A stretch of DNA of 54,249 nucleotides, counting the filler, from Catajapyx aquilonaris (taxonomy: Eukaryota), in assembly GCA_000934665.2 (NCBI GenBank). It is 2 parts of 2 records of this genome, joined end to end, with 100 filler letters (N's around TTAATTAATTAA, not from the genome) between each part and the next. Parts side by side here need not be neighbours in the genome. Positions count along the whole stretch, not along the records: positions 1 to 27,052 come from JYFJ02005121.1; positions 27,153 to 54,249 come from JYFJ02005122.1. One strand, 5' to 3'. Below, piece by piece: positions 17,634 through 30,900 of this stretch. A model generated the notes under the pieces. It ran no database searches and was not told the origin of the DNA. It saw nothing but the letters and a program-made list of their open reading frames with translations. Position 1 is the stretch's first letter. Each line of letters opens with the position of its first letter. A program made the translations under genes and the position numbers.

Positions 17634-20600
17634 CTTTCAGTCCAATGTGCTACGATAAAATTGGTTTTTTAAATCCTTGCATTAAAATGCGCAGAACATG
17701 CGACATCTGCAAGGCGCGATATACATTTTTAAATTCCGTGGTAGATTTTTTGTAATTAATTTTAATGCTGTCTTAGAATAATTTGTGTGGCCCCCTCAGG
17801 TAAATTATTAAAATTAATGCCTTGCTAAGTAACATACAAACGTAGTGGCATCAATATTTACCAGACCCCATGGAAATTCACTGTCCAAGGTGTAATCTAA
17901 TTTATTTCAGTTGTTAACTGTCAAATCAACTTCAACTTTCGTCTCCTCCTAACTCCAATGTTACAATTTATAATTATCATTTCTAAAGTAAAATTATCTT
18001 AATGGAGATTTTGTATCACATTTTGTTTTTTACTCCCACCACTCCACTTTTTGGGGGTGGGCGAACTACACTGGGGTTGGGCAAGTAGTGTTAATAGCAC
18101 TTTCAAACTTCCCAACCATACCCACTGAGATCATAATTATGATAAATAAGGATTACAAGGGATCACCCACCTTTGCTTTTCCTGGAGTGCCATCCGCTGC
18201 CTTTGCTGTAGTCTTCCTGTTACTCCTGAGGAATCTCTTCACCCTGGTCTGCTCCTCTACGGCAACCTCTTGTTTGACATCTGCTGCCAAGGACTGATGG
18301 CCTCCATTTCTCGTCCTGATTGCTTCTTTTTGATGTTCCCTTGCCAACTCCAAAGGTATTGGCAACTAAAAAATTCAGAACAGGGATAAGAAGCTGATGC
18401 TTTCTGTGGTCGTTTCGAACTCATTTTATGCAGTATATTCCACAGAAAAATATTGTGTCACTTGTCACATGACATCAATATTAAAGAAGGCATTAAATGC
18501 AAATAATCTCAAGTGCTCTCCAATCAAGTGCTCTCCAATCAAGTCAAGAGGAGTTAGCAGGACAAAATGCATACCGGTGCTTGTGCTTGGTCAACTGTGG
18601 ACCAGGATGCTACTGTTATCTCCATTATGTTGAGAAACATTTTCTAGTTCAGATGTTAATAGCTTTCCATAATCATAAAAACAGTCTGGTCATCAAGTAA
18701 TAAAGAATGACAAGAAATCCTGCTTGTACATCAATCTAGATATGAGTAGGTTTAATAATGTTGCGTGACGTAAATTTCCCACATCATTTTTTACAAGAAT
18801 GGCCCTCAAATATTGCAAAGCACTTTGCAGCAGCAATTGCAGATATTGGTATGTCCGGGCCATTTCCCTGGCATGTGACGGTCTCCCTCACCTGTCCTCC
18901 ACTCCTTCCCGCCTCCTCTTCCTTCTCCTGAGGCTCCTCCTTGATTCGGACTGCGGCCTTCACCTGTCCTCCACTCCCTCCTGCCTCCCCCCCTTCCTGG
19001 AATCGAATAGTCGTGACCTTCACCTGACCCCCACCACCACTGATGAGTCCTTCCTCCCCCTCCTGAAGCTCCCTCTTGACCACATCGCACTTGGGATGGG
19101 TGAAGCTGTGTCCCAGGAGTGTCACCCTCCTGTCAAAGACCTGGTCGCAGTACAGGCAGGGGAACCTTCCAGTGGCCATCCAGCCCGTGTTGGACTGTCC
19201 TTGCTGCTGTGGAGTACACCCAGAGTTAGACTAACGAGAGTTATTGTCCCCTTGCACGCGATGGTCTCCTCACCTGTCCTCCGCTCTCTCTAGCATCCTC
19301 CTCCTTCTCTTCCTGAGGCTCTTCCTTGATTCGAACTGTGCTGACCTTGACCTGACGACGACCACTGACCAGTCCTTCCTCCCCCTCCTGCAGCTCCCTC
19401 TTGACCCTGTCCCACTTGGAGTGGGTCATGCTGTGTCCCAGGAGTCTGCATCTCATGTCAAACACCTGGTCGCAGTACAGGCAGGGGAACCTCCCCACTG
19501 CCAGCATGTCCATCTTGATCCCTCCAACCAAACAGTAACTGTTATCCTAAACTGAGGAGAGCAAATGCAAAATATGCAATGTCTTATCGACAATATATCC
19601 AAAGGTGGTCGCACTGCTAGGGTTGAGCAGGGAATGACTCCTCTCGTTGTTCACCCCAGCAACTAATCTAACCCATGCTCACCCTTCTCCCGCCCCTCCT
19701 CATGCCCAACCCCGCCCCCTACGAAAACAAGGTTGGGAAATTTTGCAGTTGGAAGAAAGAGAAAGGGTCGACTGATAAGACAGGATGAGTAATCCTGCAC
19801 CGAAATATGCGCAGGTAAACTAGGGGCCATACATGCAGGAAAAATCCGCTTCAAACCGATATGATGCGTGTAGGTAAAGGGTGGCTCAAATGAATGCGTC
19901 TACTGGCTGAGAAGCTCGGTTTGGTGCGAATGTTCACAAGTTATAATAATAATTATGCCAGAAATGCGAATCCGTAACCTGCGCACCTTTCTGCACAGCC
20001 TGTAACAGGCGTCATGTAATGCAGCTCATGGAGCCAAAATAAAAACAATCCAACTTTGTTTCCTCCGCCTATCGCGATTTTTGCAAGTCAAGCACGTGGC
20101 AAAATTATTATTGAGAATTTGAAATGCGATCTTAGCAAACCCCAAATCGATGTAATGATGATTGTGTCCCAGGCAGTCGCCGTACAGCGATGCAAATGTA
20201 GCAGACTATACCCCCGCAATCACCGCGACATGTATTGGCAAATGGCACCAGGTGACAACGATGTTGCACATTGCACTTATGAGAAGTATTGGCCAGACGT
20301 ATATCCTGCAGTTATACAGCCCTCAACCACCATTTTTTTGTCCCCAGTTTCACCTTGTTTGTTGTTAGATTGCTGATGGTTGCACAACGGCAGGATGCGA
20401 CAGTCGAACCTTTTTTTTTTTACAGAGACTGGCTTAGCACACACCATCACTGAAAAGTGAAAACACGAGTCTATCTACTGCTGTAGGCCTACCAATTATT
20501 TAGGTGAATCACACCAGGTGAGACCCAACTCCATGAAGACAGCTCCACAAGGTTACCGGTGACACTTTCCTCACCCTTGAAGCCACCAGCTTGTTGCAGC

Positions 20601-21635
20601 AGAGAAGAACCCGCAGCGTGATGGTCACTTGGCTGGACTCGTGGACTGGACTGGACTGAGTGAGTCATTCGTCATTCTTCAAGACCCCTCATGGCGACAT
20701 CGGGGCGCCTTTCATTGGGCCACTCAGGGAAAGAATGACACCTTACAGTGATTGGCGGCGACCGCTGGAGTTACAGTCATGGCAGCCGAAAGTGGTTCTT
20801 GAAGCAGGCCGAGTAGGGTGACGAAGCGAAGAATTGCTGCAACTTTGGCTTTGGGCGCATGTCGCGTTATGATCGTGCCAAAAAAAAATACGGCTGCACT
20901 TATTCCCGAAGTATTTACTTGCCTGATGGAGGCATGGGAGATCGAACCGCATGGGAAAATGTGCCAACACCTATTTGCACATGACTGAAAGGACACTGGA
21001 CATGCTGAAAATGAACTTTGTCAAAGTATTTGCAGTAAATCCTTATCTGCATATACGCAGTCACAACCAATATGCTAAAAATTGCTATAAAATGTCCAAA
21101 ATGCATCATTAGTTCAGGTGTTGCATTTACCCCATCTGCAGTAAATAAAATTCTAACTGACCCCCTCCCTATGATATTGCATTCCCGTACGGGGTAATTC
21201 CGACACTTGTTAGGAAAAAGTTTGCTTAAATTTAATCCGCTATTTTTTCCCATATAAATAAATTGAAAAGAAAAGAGCTTCTCCTTAGTGATGATTTTAG
21301 ATTCCATATTGTGCAATACTTTAGAGACAGTGTGAAAAGAGTTACATCCGATGTTGCAAATGGGCCTATACCCCGTCTCACCCTAGATATTTTAAAATTA
21401 ATATAAATGATGCGCTTGATTCTCCTCTTTTACGAAACATTAATATTTCGTATTTTAGAGATGCACAATAACATTCAAAAACCACCATCGACATCGCAGA
21501 AGAGGTGGGCGGCCTGCTTTTGTTTTATACTTGCCGTGCCTTGACGATTGAAAATATACTGTAGTTTCCATCATATTCATAATTTGCATAATTGAGGGAA
21601 TCATTGTGCACATATATATATATATTTGCGCCATA

Positions 21636-21854
21636 TTTTTTATATTTTTTTATTTATTTATTACCCCTTGCTCAGGGCTGTAGCCCTGTTTCGGGGGGAC
21701 ACACATTTCCAGTTTCCATATTACAAAATTACAAAATTCCTTACATCTCTATTTCAATCTCAGTTTATTCATTAACAACACTGACCTTTTGTTCACTTTG
21801 TAATAAAAAAAGCAGAAAAAGAAAAGAAAAGAAGAAAAGAGGACAGGGAATTTG
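21636..21854 (-). mobile_element. 5'-truncated retroposon insertion
   Basis: 14-bp direct repeat ATATTTGCGCCATA at 21622-21635 and 21855-21868, with a T-rich (reverse A-rich) tail at the left end. Confidence 0.55.
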
Positions 21855-22119
21855 ATATTTGCGCCATAGAGGAAATCGCTGAAAAATGTCAGCAAATGCT
21901 ATATAATTACAACTGGCAAATTACCCAACAAACTCTTTCTGAATATCAGAAAAATTCATGCGTCGGATAATAATATTATTACCGTATAGTACGTGCAGTA
22001 CAACTGGTATATAGCCAAACTCCATATTAACCCCTTCAGCCCCAGCTATACCCCGCCAGCGCCTATTTTTCCGCTTACTTCTACTCTGAAGATACGGACA
22101 AGATATTTGACACAAAATA

Positions 22120-22660
22120 ACAGCTGTACTTACCCGATCAGGGAAAACACTATAATATTAATGTGTTTGGAACTATTTTCCTCGTCTAGAAGTCTCTAAA
22201 TTAATTTCCCAAAATATCGATGTAAATCTCGAAATTCGAGTACTTCCGGCCAACTACTTGGCTGATTTAATTATGAAATACATTAAAATACGCGGAATAA
22301 CTATATTGAGAAGAGCGCCTGACGAATTTACTGAAATCGTCGTACTTTGCGAGAAATAAATCGTGTCTTATCTGCGGCTTTCCTGTTACTTCGTAAATCT
22401 CCCAAATTCATTATTTTATTTCTCGCCAGCAAGTACGACGATTTCAGCAACGTCGTCTGGCAAGGTTCTCAAGGTGAATATTCAGTATATTTTAATGTAT
22501 TTCATAATTAAATCAGCCTAACAGTTGGCCGGCAGTTTTCGGCGAATTTCGCGTTTTTTTTACAGCGATCTTTTTGTAAATTAATTTAGGAACTTCTAGA
22601 GGAGGAAAATTGTTCCAAACACATTCATAGCATTTTCAAGGAACATGTAAGTATAGCTGT
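22120..22660. mobile_element. Diverged palindromic MITE
   Basis: ggctgatttaattatgaaatacattaaaata (~22260) mirrors tattttaatgtatttcataattaaatcagcc (~22490); the outer tgtgtttggaac / gttccaaacaca also mirror. Confidence 0.6.
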
Positions 22661-24437
22661 TGTTGTTTTGTAAAAAAATATATTGTCCTTATTATCTCCA
22701 CAGTATACGTATAATGGCAAATCTAGGCCATGGCCTAAAGGTTGGCCAGTAGTAATTTGAATTTCAAGTTATTACTTTTGAAAATTAATTTAGGGACTTC
22801 TATACAAGTGAAAACTGTTTCCAACGCATTCATAGCGTAGAGCATGAACGTGTAAGTGTATATGTAATTATTTGTGAAATATATCATCTTCCTTACCTTA
22901 TCCTTATCTTAAGAGTAAGTGATCTGTAATAGCCAAATCGCCACTTTTTTCAAGAATATACGCAAAATTTTCCGTTTTCCATATGCCTAAACAGTGCACA
23001 CAACTGCATACTGATTAATGAAATTATTATCCACAAAAAAAATAATTATGCAAAATTAGCTCACCCATTTTTAATCCTGTAACCGCTACTGACTATATTA
23101 CATAGCGACTATATAAATATTGGAATGAATTGTTATTATAGGGATAATTGTAATGAAGATTTCTCAGCCTTATACTGTCATTGTCAGTAATGTTTCAAGG
23201 GCCAAATAAATATGCTGGCTGCATATCCAAAATCTAAGTAATAATTAAATTCCAGGTGCTGTCGTCACTAAAACTGCCAGCACTTGCAATCGAGCTGCAA
23301 AATATGTTTTAAAGAAGTGAAATAAGGTGTTGACGAAAAAAAAAAATCTTTATTTCCAACAGAGGACACTGCATGTAAAATAATTGGAGTTTTCTCTCCC
23401 GTTTTTCAACCAGAGTTATTTACATTGTTTCCAGTCAAATGGAAGACAAGGTACCGCACATATTATTTTCAGTGACTTTTGCGGGCGTATGGCGGATAAT
23501 GTTACATAAAATAAAAAAGACAAAATAATTTAATAGTCATAAAGTATAAATATGAGGTCACAAACGATAGCAAAAACCTAATAACAACGACAAAATGACA
23601 GGAAATAGCGAAACTTGGGCAAAAAGACACAAAGTGCAAGCAAGTATCACTTGCTCTGGACTCTATATCGCTTGCAGTTTCCACTTGCACAATATGTTGC
23701 CAAAACGCTTTTCTAGATTTTCCTCTGTTTGGAAACAGTCCGAGGAAAATGTAGAAAAATATTTGGCATACGCGTCACGGAAACATGATTCGTAGTATTA
23801 CTTCTGAACAGTTTTGGTCCTTTCAGCAGGAGCACAAAAAATACTCCGCAAAACACAATCATGCTTCTGAAGGAATAGGTCCCTAATAGGCCCACAAAGT
23901 CCCGAAATTTTTTTTTGGGATCGTTTTTGAACATTATGAAGCAATTGCTTCATAAAGTTAAAAAACTATCCCAAAAAAGGCCGAATAGGCATCAACAGTC
24001 GCAAAAAGGCAGAATAGCCAAAAATAGTTCGCCACACCTCGAAATAGGCCATTTTAGGCACAATGAAACCTACATTTTCCCCCATCCTGCACTTATGAAA
24101 TGGATAGATCTCTTCACAAAACCATCCCAACTGCAAAGGAAATCTATAGGCATTTGCCTAAAAATCCGGACTCTACATACACATCACGTATTATATAGTG
24201 AGTAGGCTTAATAGTTGTTCCTTTCTCCTGAAATAAGTGCAGGAAATTACATTAATTACTGCCTTCATGTGTTACATGAAGTGTACAGGCAAGTAACTTT
24301 CTGATCATTCTCCCCACGTTCAGTGCCGAAAACCATTCAGGTAATTTAAAAATAATCTTACGCGACCATATTATTAGTTAAATGAAAATTAAAATGAAAG
24401 TCGGTCGCTGTTACCTTTTAAATAACTTCCTCAGAAT

Positions 24438-26899
24438 TCAGAATTTGCCTTTTGTACTCCCAGTTTGTGAGGATTCCATATCACTCTTTGTGAGAAGAGT
24501 GTGCGGATGGTCACGACCCAACACTTTTTCCTGCCTTTCCAAAACGTCCTTGTATGTCCGCAATGCTTCCTCGTGATTTCCTTGGTTATCTAACACTCGG
24601 GCCATGTTATGCTTTGTGTTAAGAGTGCCCGGATGGTCACGACCCAACACTTTTTCCTGCTTTTCCAAAACCTCCCTGTATCCCCGAAAGGCTTCCTCGT
24701 AATTCCCTTGGGTATGTAACGCTAGGGCCATGTTATGCTTTGTGCTAAGTGTTTCCAGATGGTCATGACCCAACACTTTTTCTTGCTTATCTAAAACCTC
24801 TCTGTATGCCCGCAAGGCTTCGTCATAATTTCCTTGATTCCACAGCTCCCCTGCTATCTTCATCTTTGTGTTTAGAGTGTTGGGATGGTCATGACCCAAC
24901 ACTTTTTCCTGCCTTTCCAAAACGTCCTTGTATGTCCGCAATGCTTCCTCGTGATTTCCTTGGTTATCTAACACTAGGGCCATGTTATGCTTTGTGCTAA
25001 GTGTTTCCGGATGGTCACGACCCAACACTTTTTCCTCTTTTCCAAAACGTCCCTGTATGCCCGCAAGGCTTCCTCGTAATTTCCTTGGTTATCTAACACT
25101 ATGGCCATGTTACTCTTTGTCCCAATAGTGTCCGGATGGTCATGACCCAACACTTTTTCCCTCTTATCCACAACTTCCCTAAATGCCCGCAAGGCTTCGC
25201 CATATTTTCCTTGAATCCGTAGCACCCCTGCTATGTTCATCTTTGTGTTAAGAGTGCCCGGATGGTCATGGCCCAACACCTTTTCCTGCTTATTCAAAAC
25301 CTCCCTGAATAACCGCAAGGCTTCCTCGTAATTTCCTTGATTCCGTAGCACCACTGCTACGTTATTCTTTGTGGTAAGAGTGTTGGGATGGTCATGACCC
25401 AACACTTTTTCCCTCTTATCCAAAACGTCCCTGTATGCCCGCAAGGCTTCCTCGTAATTTCCTTGGTTATCTAACACTATGGCCACGTTACTCTTTGTGT
25501 TAAGAGTCTCCGGATGGTCATGACCCAACACTTTTTCCCTCTTATCCACAACTTCCCTATATGCCCGCAAGGCTTCGCCATATTTTCCTTGAATCCGTAG
25601 CACACCTGCTATGTTCATCTTTGTCCTAAGAGTGTCCGGATGGTCATGACCCAACACTTTTTCCTGCTTATCCAACACCTCCTTGTATGCCCGCAAGGCT
25701 TCCTCGTAATTTCCTTGATTCCGTAGCACCACTGCTACGTTCATCTTTGTGGTAAGAGTGTCCGGATGGTCATGACCCAACACTTTTTCCTGCTTATCCA
25801 AAACGTACTTGCATGTCCGCAAGGCTTCCTCGTAGTTTCCTTTGTTATCTAACACTAGGGCCATGTTACTCTTTGTGCTAAGAGTGTCCGGATGGTCATG
25901 ACCCAACACTTTTTCCCTCCTATGCAAAACCTCCTCGTATGCCCGCAAGGCTTCGTCGTAATTTCCTTGTGTGCACAGCACCGCTGCTACGTTCATCTTT
26001 GTGTTAAGAGTGTTGGGATGGTCATGACCCAACACTTTTTCCTGCTTATCCAAAACCCCCATGCATGCCCGCAAGCCTTCGTCATAATTTCCTTGTTTGC
26101 ACAGCACACCTGCTACGTTCATCTTTGTGGTAAGAGTATCCGGATGGTCATGACCCAACACTTTTTCCTGCTTATCCAAAACCTGCCTGTATGCCCACAA
26201 GGCTTCGTCGTAATTTCCTTGATACCCTAGCACCCCTGCTATGTTCATCTTTGTGGTAAGAGTATCCGGATGGTCATAACCGAACACTTTTTCCTGCTTA
26301 TTCAAAACCTCCCTGTATGCTCGCAAGGCATCCTCGTAACTTCCTTGGTTACGTAACACTACGGCCATGTTATGCTTTGTGCTAAGAGTGTCCGGATGGT
26401 CATGGCCCAACACTTTTTCTTGCTTTTCCAAAACGTCCTTGTATGCCCGCAAGGCTTCGTCGTAATTTCCTTGTTTCCGTAACACCCCTGCCATGTTCAT
26501 CTTTGTGCTAAGAGTATCTGGATGGTCATGACCCATCACTTTTTCCTGCTTATCCAAAACCTCTCTGTAAACCCACAAGGCTTTGTCGTGCTCTCCTTGG
26601 TCATCTAACACGTTGGCCATGCCCTTCTTTGTCCCAAGAGTGTCCGGATGGTCACGACCCAACACCTTTTCTTGCTTTTCCAAAACGTCCTTGTATTCCC
26701 GCAAGGCCTCGTCGTAATTTCCTTGGTTCAATAGCACCGCTGCTACGTTATGCTTTGTGCTAAGAGTGTCCGGATGTTCATGACCCGACACCTCTTCCTG
26801 CATTACCGATACAAGCCTGTAAACTGTTGAAGCCTCATTCCAATTGCCTGCTTCACGGAAGGCGTGAGCAGAATTGAGTATTTCCTTCCAGCCCCCCAT
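24438..26899 (-). CDS. Intronless 42-aa TPR-repeat protein (kinesin-light-chain/nephrocystin-3-like TPR_12 type), 18 full repeats plus one partial, 1-nt frameshift near 25033
   Basis: ORFs 24974-26899 and 24438-25028 carry the same LGHDHPDTLxTKxNxAxVLxxQGNYEEALRAYxxVLDKQEKV unit (126-nt period). One C is missing at ...aacactttttcctctttt compared with other units. Confidence 0.85.
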
Positions 26900-27052
26900 C
26901 CCATGATATTTCCCAGAGGAGTCTGTCCCCTTTTCATCCCCACCTCCTTCCCGTTATGGTGACCCGGCAGGCAAGCCATCCCCTGCCGGCGTCACCTCAC
27001 GGGCAAATGTCCCCTGACTCCATCGTCCTCCAAACCGATCCTGTCCCTTGCT

Positions 27053-27152
27053 NNNNNNNNNNNNNNNNNNNNNNNNNNNNNNNNNNNNNNNNNNNNTTAA
27101 TTAATTAANNNNNNNNNNNNNNNNNNNNNNNNNNNNNNNNNNNNNNNNNNNN
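27053..27152. other. Artificial gap/contig spacer (Ns around TTAATTAATTAA, stops in all six frames)
   Basis: 100-nt block of N with a central TTAATTAATTAA. Confidence 0.9.
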
Positions 27153-27429
27153 AAGGGTTCAATTGGATGTGGGTTTCACATATATATTTTTTTTTTAAAT
27201 CGAAGACCATGACTGGGCACCCTCCGTCTGGATTGAAATGGAACCAGCCCACAGATCCAGCATGAGATCTTTAGGAGATCTGTATAGGAGATTATAGTAA
27301 ACCTCTAGGTATGCCCATATGTGCCTTCTGGCTAATTATAAATTTTGTTGTACCACCCGTCTTTGCCACACCACACATCATGAATATCAATGTGCACAAT
27401 TCCCCTAATTTTTTTAAATATTTTTTAAA

Positions 27430-27642
27430 ATAATGGATACCCCGTGATAGGCCCCTTCGGCCTCCTAGGGGATCATCTTTTGAATAACCGACTTTAATCA
27501 TTTGCCTGTAGTGTGATGGATTTTGATAGTGGGAGGAAACGGGAGAACCCCGAGAAAACCCACGCGAACACGGAGAGAACCCATCGAAACTCTATCCACA
27601 TAAGTATCCTCCGTCCGACCCGGGGATCGAACTCGGGACCTT
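27430..27642 (-). mobile_element. tRNA-derived SINE (V-SINE-like core), 5'-truncated copy
   Basis: Reverse complement of 35130-35335; B-box GAGTTCGATCCC. Confidence 0.75.
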
Positions 27643-27970
27643 AGCAATTCCCCTCATTTTAAAACTGTGTCATATCTGCATTGTGTCCAAACACTAAAAT
27701 ACATACCCAAGTGAGTCCTCTTGGATATTTGTATAACAGCAGTGACCAAAAATACTATTATGGTCTGGTGCACTGAATTTTGGTAACTTGGGTTTTTACC
27801 ATGGCGCGGACTGAATGTTTTGGTGCCAAGAGTGTAAGGACACTCATTTTATGCCAACATTATTTTTATCAAAGTTGTTATTATTATTTGCTCTCAGATG
27901 TGGCCTTAAGAAGTTAGATTTTACAATTGTTGATGGAATGCTGAAGAGTTAAATGCGCTTCTGTTTTCAG

Positions 27971-30900
27971 CTATTTTATGACTGCCCTTAGTCCAGCATT
28001 CTTTGCTGGTCTGACTCATCGTGATGTGATCTATATTCCTCTGCCCATGTACCACACTGCTGGTGGGATTGTTGGAATAGGTCCAGTGCTTCTCATGGGA
28101 CTCACTGGAGCCATGTGTGCCAAATTTTCAGTATCTCGTTTCTGGACCGATTGCATTAAATATGAGTGCACGGTAAGCAGGGCATCAATGCCAGTGAAAA
28201 TTTCTGTGCAGGAGCTCTTGTAGTATATTATGAATTTAATTCAGCTAAATTACGCTTTTATGCCTATTTGTCAAATCTGGTGCTTCTTTAGAGTTTAGAT
28301 TGTGTCCAAAAAGTCCTCTGCATTTACATATTTTGTTTTTTTGTGCCCAAAAATGCTGCCTAGAGCTGCCATTCTCAAAGTTCAGTACATAGCTTCTGCA
28401 GATTTGCCTGAAACATGTTTGGTGGGGTGTACATCACAATCACAATCAATCATGGCATTTTCCAATGATAGGGTTACCAGCGATGACCAGGTACATTCAC
28501 CTGGTCATCTTGCTGGGGTGTACTGTACATATGGAGCATATTACGATATTTTCTCATATAGTTGAGTTAACTTATGTTATTGACAAGAATTTTTAGGGTG
28601 TGTATGAGGTAGGAAGGAAGGAAGGACATCGTAGCTGTATAGATACTCACTTCTTGGTATGACAAAAAACTTCGTTTTTTGTCTGTTACCTGTCAGTGTA
28701 TTATGTGGCTGTAAGTCTACAGAAAGGATCAGGTGGGATCACCTGATCTGAAACCAGGTTCCACTGCAAGGAAGATTAAATTACGTTATTTTTCCAATTT
28801 AAAACTGGTGAACAATCCAGAACGTCAGTGTAAAATCAGACTGAATTTGTGGTGTTCATAAGTACCTGCAGGCCAGCAGAAACTGTAATGTTTCAAACAA
28901 TGGTTTCCAACCTTTTACCAACTGCGACCCCCTAATCATGTTTCCATAAATGTGCGACCCCCCCCCCCCCTTCATTCCCTCCCCCAACCCCTTCTACAAC
29001 TGCCCACTTCCCAGAAAACATACACTCTGTACGGCTGCAAAAACGGTTCAATTGACACAGAAATTGAAAAATAATAATAATTTTGAACCAAGGCTCACGA
29101 CCCCCCAGTTGGAAACCACTATTTTAAACAGTACATTTTTGTCAAATCCACTTGAGATGTGGAGAGAGTTACGGATTTTATCAGCAACTGGAAAGTACTG
29201 AATTAATTTGGCCAAGTAACTATCAGATTCCCATTGCTTCTCATGGTTTCCAAAGATTTCTCCCTGAATTGACACTGTTTCGACAAATTTTAAAGGATGC
29301 TCATTTAGTTTATGGAAAGTAGTGAGATGGTAGGAATGTATGATTTGTTAATCGTTTTTAGTATCTTTTGATATGGAAGCTGCAGTGATGCCTGAAGATT
29401 CTGTAGTAATGTTAGTGAGTCAGTTTTTTCCTGAACAACAGGCAGTGTTTCAAATCAATTTTGTCCAAAACCAAAGAAATTTAATTGAATGGCTTGGAAA
29501 GGTGGTACGGAGCATTTTGGTCTTTAATCAGATCATGCAATCCCTACACTTGCCCGATATTCATGGCAGTTACGGCCCGCCATAGCTACACCATGAGTAA
29601 GGAGAGGGTCATCATTAATTGCATTATTTGTGCCAATTGTTGTGTGAAACTGAAAATATATAACTGAATGCCTTTCTTCAGAAGGAAGTGTGTCACACGG
29701 TTTTGTTTTCAGGTAACACTTGGCATTAATAATCCAGTTGACCCTTGCCCTACTTGATGAGGAGCCAGGGCAGCTCATGCTACTGGGCAGGTAGGATTAT
29801 TCCCTGATCCATTCAATGGCCAAAATGCTGTACATCACTTTTCTACGTCCCTGTAATTATTATTCATTATAAAAAGTCTGACAGGTGCAAGGTAAATTTT
29901 GTGTTGCATGGCTGCAATAATTTTGCTTTTTTGAAGGACCTTTGCACATAGCTTGGTGTAAAAATATGGTTTCACTGCAGCTTCAAAATACTTTAATTTC
30001 TGAGAAGCAGCATCCAACATGTAGGTTTGGCATCAGACGTAACTACATAGCAAAGAGGGCTCCATTTCAGCTACTTGTTTGCTGCCTTGGGTCCTGGGAT
30101 AACTTTTGGGCTAGGCCTTGACGATGTTCTCTATATGCCTCTGCCCCTGTACCACACTGCTGGTGGGGTTATTGGATTAGGACCTGTGCTTCTATCAGGG
30201 GTCACCGGGGTCATGCGTCACAAATTCTCCGTCACTCATTTCTGGACCGATTGTATTAAGTATGAGTGCACGGTAAGCAAGGCATCAACTGATCCAAAAG
30301 TAAAGCTACCTTGGTTTCCCAAAGGACAAAGTGCGCACTGTACTACTTGTTATAAATAACAAGCATTGCTATGTTAATTATTTTTGCCTGTTATGCATCC
30401 TGCCATGTTTTGTGTGCTAATTCTCATGTTGTTTGCTTCATATAAGTGAATGGAGAACTAATCATGTCCATGTTAATGTTGACGTTGGCATGACCAGGGC
30501 ATGACTGCTGTTCGTTAATGTGGAAATGCATCTTGCAGCTTAGCTATTTGTGAACGAATGTGTTTTGCAGAGCATGTAACCGTTGATTTAAAAAAAAATT
30601 AATTTCTGATTTAAATCACTGCATTTCAGAGATTATGTGAGTGGTATTTGCATTATATAAAATGAAATATTATGTATTTCATGGGTAACAAATTTTGCTA
30701 AATGATTTGAAACTTTGTAATTATGTTGCCAAGTGCACATATGAGTAATATATACACTGACAAGGTACAGTATGTATTAATATTGTGTGTACTGGCCAAC
30801 CCTGCCTAAAATAGTGCAGGGACTAAATTGTTCAATCAGACCCAAATCTTGCATAGTGGAGAGTATAAATCCTTGGCGAAAAGTATAAGCTCCAAAACTG

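Larger units (their letters stand above)
12894..19513 (-). pseudogene. Spliced C2H2 zinc-finger gene, probably pseudogenised. Exons 19513-19274, 19206-18892, 18365-18171, 13828-12894
   Basis: Phase-0 GT-AG junctions link two duplicated single-finger exons (RFPCLYCDQVFD...H..TH) and a VKQE exon to a tandem array of about 10 HTGEKPF fingers. In-frame TAA at 13789-13787 and a frameshifting deletion inside a finger near 13208. Confidence 0.65.

Noticed and set aside
24438..26899. True kinesin light chain or NPHP3 ortholog; CRISPR-like array
   Set aside because: No heptad coiled-coil or other ortholog domains and too many repeats; the units are contiguous coding repeats without spacers.
27097..27108. 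TTAATTAATTAA as a biological motif
   Set aside because: It sits in the middle of Ns and is an assembly linker.
28726..28748. Hairpin GATCAGGTG-GGAT-CACCTGATC between FATP exon copies 1 and 2
   Set aside because: A 9-bp stem can occur by chance, and there is no counterpart near the other copies.
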